Below, piece after piece: positions 59,426 to 64,000 of a stretch of 64,000 nt of DNA (positions are counted from its first letter, which is position 1; every line of letters starts with the position of its first letter). Below the pieces are notes generated by a model that was given only the letters and a program-made list of their open reading frames with translations, did no database searches and was not told where the DNA came from. Origin of the DNA: Guillardia theta CCMP2712 (taxonomy: Eukaryota > Protista > Cryptophyta); contig NW_005434618.1 in NCBI RefSeq assembly GCF_000315625.1, positions 83,038-147,037 of the forward strand, written 5' to 3'. The position numbers and the translations under genes are program-made.

Positions 59426-61980
59426 TCACTTTCCCTCGCATCCTCCTCTCCTTCTCTCACCGTTGCGGTTGCTCTGCTCGCCCTCCAACGATGAAGCCAG
59501 CCCCTCGCCTCCTCCGAAGGTCGGCAGGCTGTTCATCTTGACTTCCACCACCTTCTTCGGACGAGAGCTCCAGCTCTTGTCCGACGGAGCAGAGGATGAC
59601 GTGGCAGCTGCCTTCCTTGCCGCAGCAGCGACATTCACTCGGCTCCTGGGCGAGGAGGAGGGATAGTATGAGACGATTCTGCTTCCTTCTCGCTTCCTGT
59701 GCGAGTTCGCCTCCTCCTCCTGCAAGATCTCCTTCACCACCTTGGTCATGCCCGGGCTGGTCATGTCCTCCAGGTACTCGTCACGACGCATCCGACTGTC
59801 CTCTCCGTCCAGTGCTCTCATCGACTGCAGCGAGGCTAGCAGCTCCTCCGCCCCTGATCGCTGCGACAGCCTGCTGAGGTGCGTCGCCTCCACCTGGACT
59901 TTGTCGATGGGCGAGGAGGAGGACCCGAGTAAGTCCCCCTGCTTGACGTAGGCGAGGTTTCGGATGCTCCCCATGCCCGGCCAGGGGTAGAAGGAGATGC
60001 AGCTTCTCAGGCCCGTGTCGATTACTTGGCTCGCTCCCCTCACGCTGTTATAAGTGGCGCTCTGTAGACTCGCCCTCTCCTGCTCCTGCTCGATGTGCTG
60101 TGAGATCGTCTTCACCCCTGGAAGATCCAGTCTGCTTGCTGAGTCAGAGGAGACAGGAAGACGCGAAAAGAGTGGATGGAGGGTAGGAAGAAAGTATCGT
60201 GATCTTGATAACGTGAGAGGGAGGAGAGAAAGTCGATAAGGAGGAAGCCATGGAGCGGGGAGAGGATGGGAGAGGAAGGAAAGAGACGGAGTGACGGCAG
60301 AGAGGAAGGGAAGAGAGGGAGAGGCAAATGAAAGAAGGAGAAACATCAGGCTCAGGGAAGGAAGGGGGTTGGGGACACGGTAGGTTGGAGAGTTCGACAC
60401 CTGGTCCCATCTCGACGAACAGGGTTTGCGTTGGCGAAGATCATGAGGATGTACTTGGAGAGGTTGTCGGTAGAGCAGCGGACGGCGACGAGGGCGAGGA
60501 AAGAGCTTGCAGAGATTCCTAGCGTAAGAAGAGAGGATCTGAAGGAAGTTCTGTTCCCGGGAGTCAGACCCACACCATGCAAGAGGACTTCAAGGAGGAG
60601 CCAAGCAGGAAGGAGCTGCGAGGAAAGGAGCCACGGGATCTCTTTCAGTTGGATCCCAGCCTGTATGAACTGCTGGCGGAGAATGACAAGCCAGGGGCAG
60701 TCGAAACAATTCATGGTCTGTCCTGCCGCTCTCACTCCTCCTTTCTCCTTGTTTTCCTCGTCCTCCACATCCTCCCGCTCTTCCTCAAACTGGCTGAGAG
60801 ATCCTGCAACTCCTGCATCGCCTTTGCCCTGCTCCAACTTGACTGAGAGCAGCCACTTGCCGACGGTGAAGTGTAACAGCACGGAGGAGGAGGAAAGAGA
60901 GTCCTGCCTTGCTGACTGCTGAGCTTCCAGCAATCTGATTCTCCTTCCGCCCAGCATGCAGATCTTGAAAACCTTGTCTCCGCTCTCTGGGTACCACCCG
61001 ACACAAGAACCGTCCTCGGAGACGGTGACGAGGAGCTGTCTGCCCTGAAGAAGGAGGAAGGAGCAACTTGTACAGGGCCCGAAGTGATGGAGGTCAGTGG
61101 ATAGGAGAGCAGAGCCCCCGGTAGTCTCCACAGCCTCCTGGACCTCAGCAAGAAACATGGCGTGTCCCATGCACAACAGCCTCTCCGCCTCCTCCTCCTC
61201 GTAGAGGACGGGGACGAGGTTCCAGACCTTGCAGGAGGAATCTCTGCTAGCTGTTGCTGCAAGCATCCCATCCTCAGAGAAGTCGATATGCACAACAGCG
61301 TCTGTGTGCCCCCTCCACGTCCCTCCCTCCCCCGCCCGTTCCTTGAGGGGCGACGGCAACGGGAAGTTCCGAGGCTGCAGGACGATCTTGCTGAGCAGCG
61401 TGTGCCTCATGTAGTCCCAGATCCACACGCCTCCGTCTGCACAGACGCACCCCAACAAGCGCTTTCTCTTCACTGCATGCAGGCAGCACCGCATGCTTGT
61501 CACCCGCGCCTCGTGCACCATAGCTGTGGACACGACAAACCTGTCCTTCCCCTGCAGGTCCCAGCATCGAACTCTCTTGTCTGCAGTGGAAACCAGGAGG
61601 ACATTGTCCGAGACCCCGTACGCAACGCACAAGACAGTCTCCTTGGTCTCAATGACCTGATGCAGCATGAGGCGGCTCCCGCCAAACCGGCTGATCTTGT
61701 GAACGATGCAAAAATCTTCGATGTTGGAGCAGGTGACGAGGAACTGGCCGTCTTCCCGGATGGCAATGGAGGATATGCTGCGAAGGTGGTTGCTGTATCG
61801 CTGGTACCCCTCTGTACTCTCGTCCAGCCATTCTGCCGCCATGATCAACGTCTCCGCACGGATCTGATTTATGCCCTGCCTGTTAGCGATGATAAGCCTT
61901 GAGTTCTTGTGGTCGGGGCAGGAAGCGAGGATCGCATCGTCCAGCCTTGCGGCAGCGGAGATGGAAGTTCTCATGTTCAT
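59426..61980 (-). CDS. WD40-repeat protein; may continue through further exons to ~57894
   Basis: STADKRVRCWDL, CADGGVWIWDY, GHTDAVVHIDFSEDGMLAATASRDSSCKVWNL, VSEDGSCVGW; splices to exon ~60130-59426. Confidence 0.85.
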
Positions 61981-62580
61981 AGGCCCTCCCCACTAGCAGA
62001 CGCGTTGAAGTTTCGGAGGACTATGCTCGTACCCCTTACATGTCGATGCGCTATCTCCGTCCATGATCGAGCTTTCCACCTGGCATCGCATCTCGGGAGT
62101 CCATCTCCTCTCCGCTCCCCTGCATCATGCCAGCATCGACTCTGCCAGGCATTCCCTCCTCCATCTCAACGCTCGCAGGATCATGTCTCCATATTTTCAG
62201 TGTCCCGCATCGGACTCAGAAGAGTCCCGGGCCCTGCCCCGACCGGCCGCAGTGCCACGGTGCTTGACTTTGAATCCGGAGTCCGTAAGTTAAGTTACTT
62301 CAGGTAAACTCTCAGTGTTCGGCAATCAGTACGAGGACAACAAGGCGAGTAGAGGAGGCTTGACCCTGACAGGCGGTTCACAGGCTGCCGCGGTCCCGGC
62401 AGGTTGGTCAGAATCAGGCTGGTCTGGCACGCCGGGACACTGAGTCAATCAGCACTGCCAGCTGAATCATCAGATAACACGCAGATTGTAGTGGGCCACT
62501 GAATCTTGAAAGATTCGAAACAATGGTGCTAATTTATTCACATGAAGGAGGATCATTGCGACGCTACTTGGGCGCTCCGA

Positions 62581-64000
62581 CTATGCAGGAGCCTTGGTGC
62601 CATTGCCTGCAGAAAAATTTCGAATGGCCTCCTGGGCAGAAACACGAAAGTCAAGGCTGCACGCAGAAAGGGACTGATGAGAAGAACGAACCTTGATCGC
62701 TAGCAACTCATCATGCAGTAACAAGAACTTGGTGTGTGTTTCCATCAATGACACCTAGACAAAAAAATTAGAAAGAAAACATGACTGTGCCGGTGATGAT
62801 GAGATGATGAGATCTTCTTGAAATCCCAAAGTTTTGGAGCATCAACATCACCTTGAGGTTGTTAAACTTCTCAGTGATCTCTTTACGAAGCGCCTGTTTT
62901 GACTTGTCCTTCGACCTACGGATTGTCACAGAGGTGAAATCATGAGCAAACAAAAACCAACTTTGACAGGTCAGCGGCCAAAGTCTCGAATTGTCTTTGC
63001 CAGTCATTCAACTTGATGTTTGTTTCTTCATATTTTGCGTACTTGTCTTTGTATCTGTCAGGCAGGTGTGAGCAAACACCGACAGGCAATGGAAGCTTGC
63101 GAACCTGGATTTCAATTCCTTCACTTCATCCTCAGAGTTCGCAACAATCGTGGTGGGTGCAAGGATCGAGAGCCGTGCTCGTATCTGTTGGTGGGTTCAA
63201 CAGTCATTCCGACGAAGAGGCCCGTGATAGGGTTCAGTCATTGTCCCACCAATCGACGGTCGTTCTCGCTGTACTCCGACCACCTGCGAGGACGACTGTC
63301 AGCCGCACAACTCATTGGCTGCTGTGAGACGGACCCGTCCACGTCGAGTTTCTTCAGATACTCAAGTTTCAACCTGAAGACAACGATAAATGATCACGTC
63401 GTCATCTTCTCAGCAGCAAGAGCGTACCTCCATTTCTTCTCGCCAGACGGCACGCTGACATAGTTGGCAACCTCGCTGCAAATATCTTTGAAAGTGACTT
63501 TCCCTGCTATCTCCTCTTCCTTCTTCAAACATCGGCGCTGTCAATTGGCGTCAAAACCTCCCATGTTTGTCAATCAAACACGAAAGAACCTTCAGCTCCT
63601 CATGGTCAACATCAGCAATACCAAGAGCATGCATGACCCGTTTGTGGACTTCCTCCTTGTCAACATCGACCTATCCAATCACAAGCACAGTCAACAACAA
63701 CACTGTCAGGCAAGCAAGGAGGCTCACTTTTGCTACGATTGTAGGGCTCGCTCTGCTAGAGCCTGACTGCTCTGCCTTCCCCACATCATCTACAATCTTT
63801 CGCTTCTTTCCGGCACTGCTGCAAGGATCGTGCTTGATTGCAGCTCTGGTCAACACTAATGAGAACATGAAAGATGAAAATGAAAATTCTCACCCTTGTT
63901 TCTTGCGCTGTTGCTCCTCTGCATTCGCCCTTTTAAGTTCTTCCTTCTCTGATTCCTTCAGCCCGCGTTCTCTCTGCAAAACAAGCCTGTCCGAGATGCC
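62581..64000 (-). CDS. Hypothetical multi-exon protein; 5' end lies outside the window
   Basis: Exon-like segments with GT-AG borders: ESEKEELKRANAEEQQRKK, KVTFKDICSEVANYV, SKQALRKEITEKFNNLK, HDELLAIK|EAIRNFSAGNGTKAPA*. Confidence 0.55.

Overview
Gene-dense eukaryotic nuclear DNA with many short (~45-60 nt) GT-AG introns, (GGA)n/(CAGGAG)n microsatellites and two N gaps. Bipartite plastid-targeting leaders, an RWP-RK gene and EsV-1-7-like Cys repeats point to an alga with a secondary red plastid, most likely a cryptophyte (Guillardia-like); this is inference. About 22 genes can be supported: a class I cyclic-nucleotide PDE, a tail-anchored protein, a repeat-containing putative peptide precursor, coiled-coil and EF-hand proteins, a pepsin-like protein lacking the first DTG, a plastid DUF2103 protein, GAA1, a Crinkler-type NTPase+REase, an EAR/EPTP propeller, a PTGES2-like GST, a plastid RRM+RlmM/FtsJ methyltransferase, RWP-RK, TPR, zf-4CXXC_R1 and WD40 proteins. 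There is also a 439-bp MITE. The top candidate for a new system is 47725-51621(-): a polytopic membrane protein built as ~6TM / RelA-SpoT-like synthetase / ~6TM / RelA-SpoT-like synthetase. That layout parallels animal membrane adenylyl cyclases but uses an alarmone-synthetase fold, and its two catalytic copies share near-identical DNA blocks that stop just before an ELQ/ELR difference. Exon models and family calls were made by eye and from recalled motifs, without searches; gene ends are approximate where stated.
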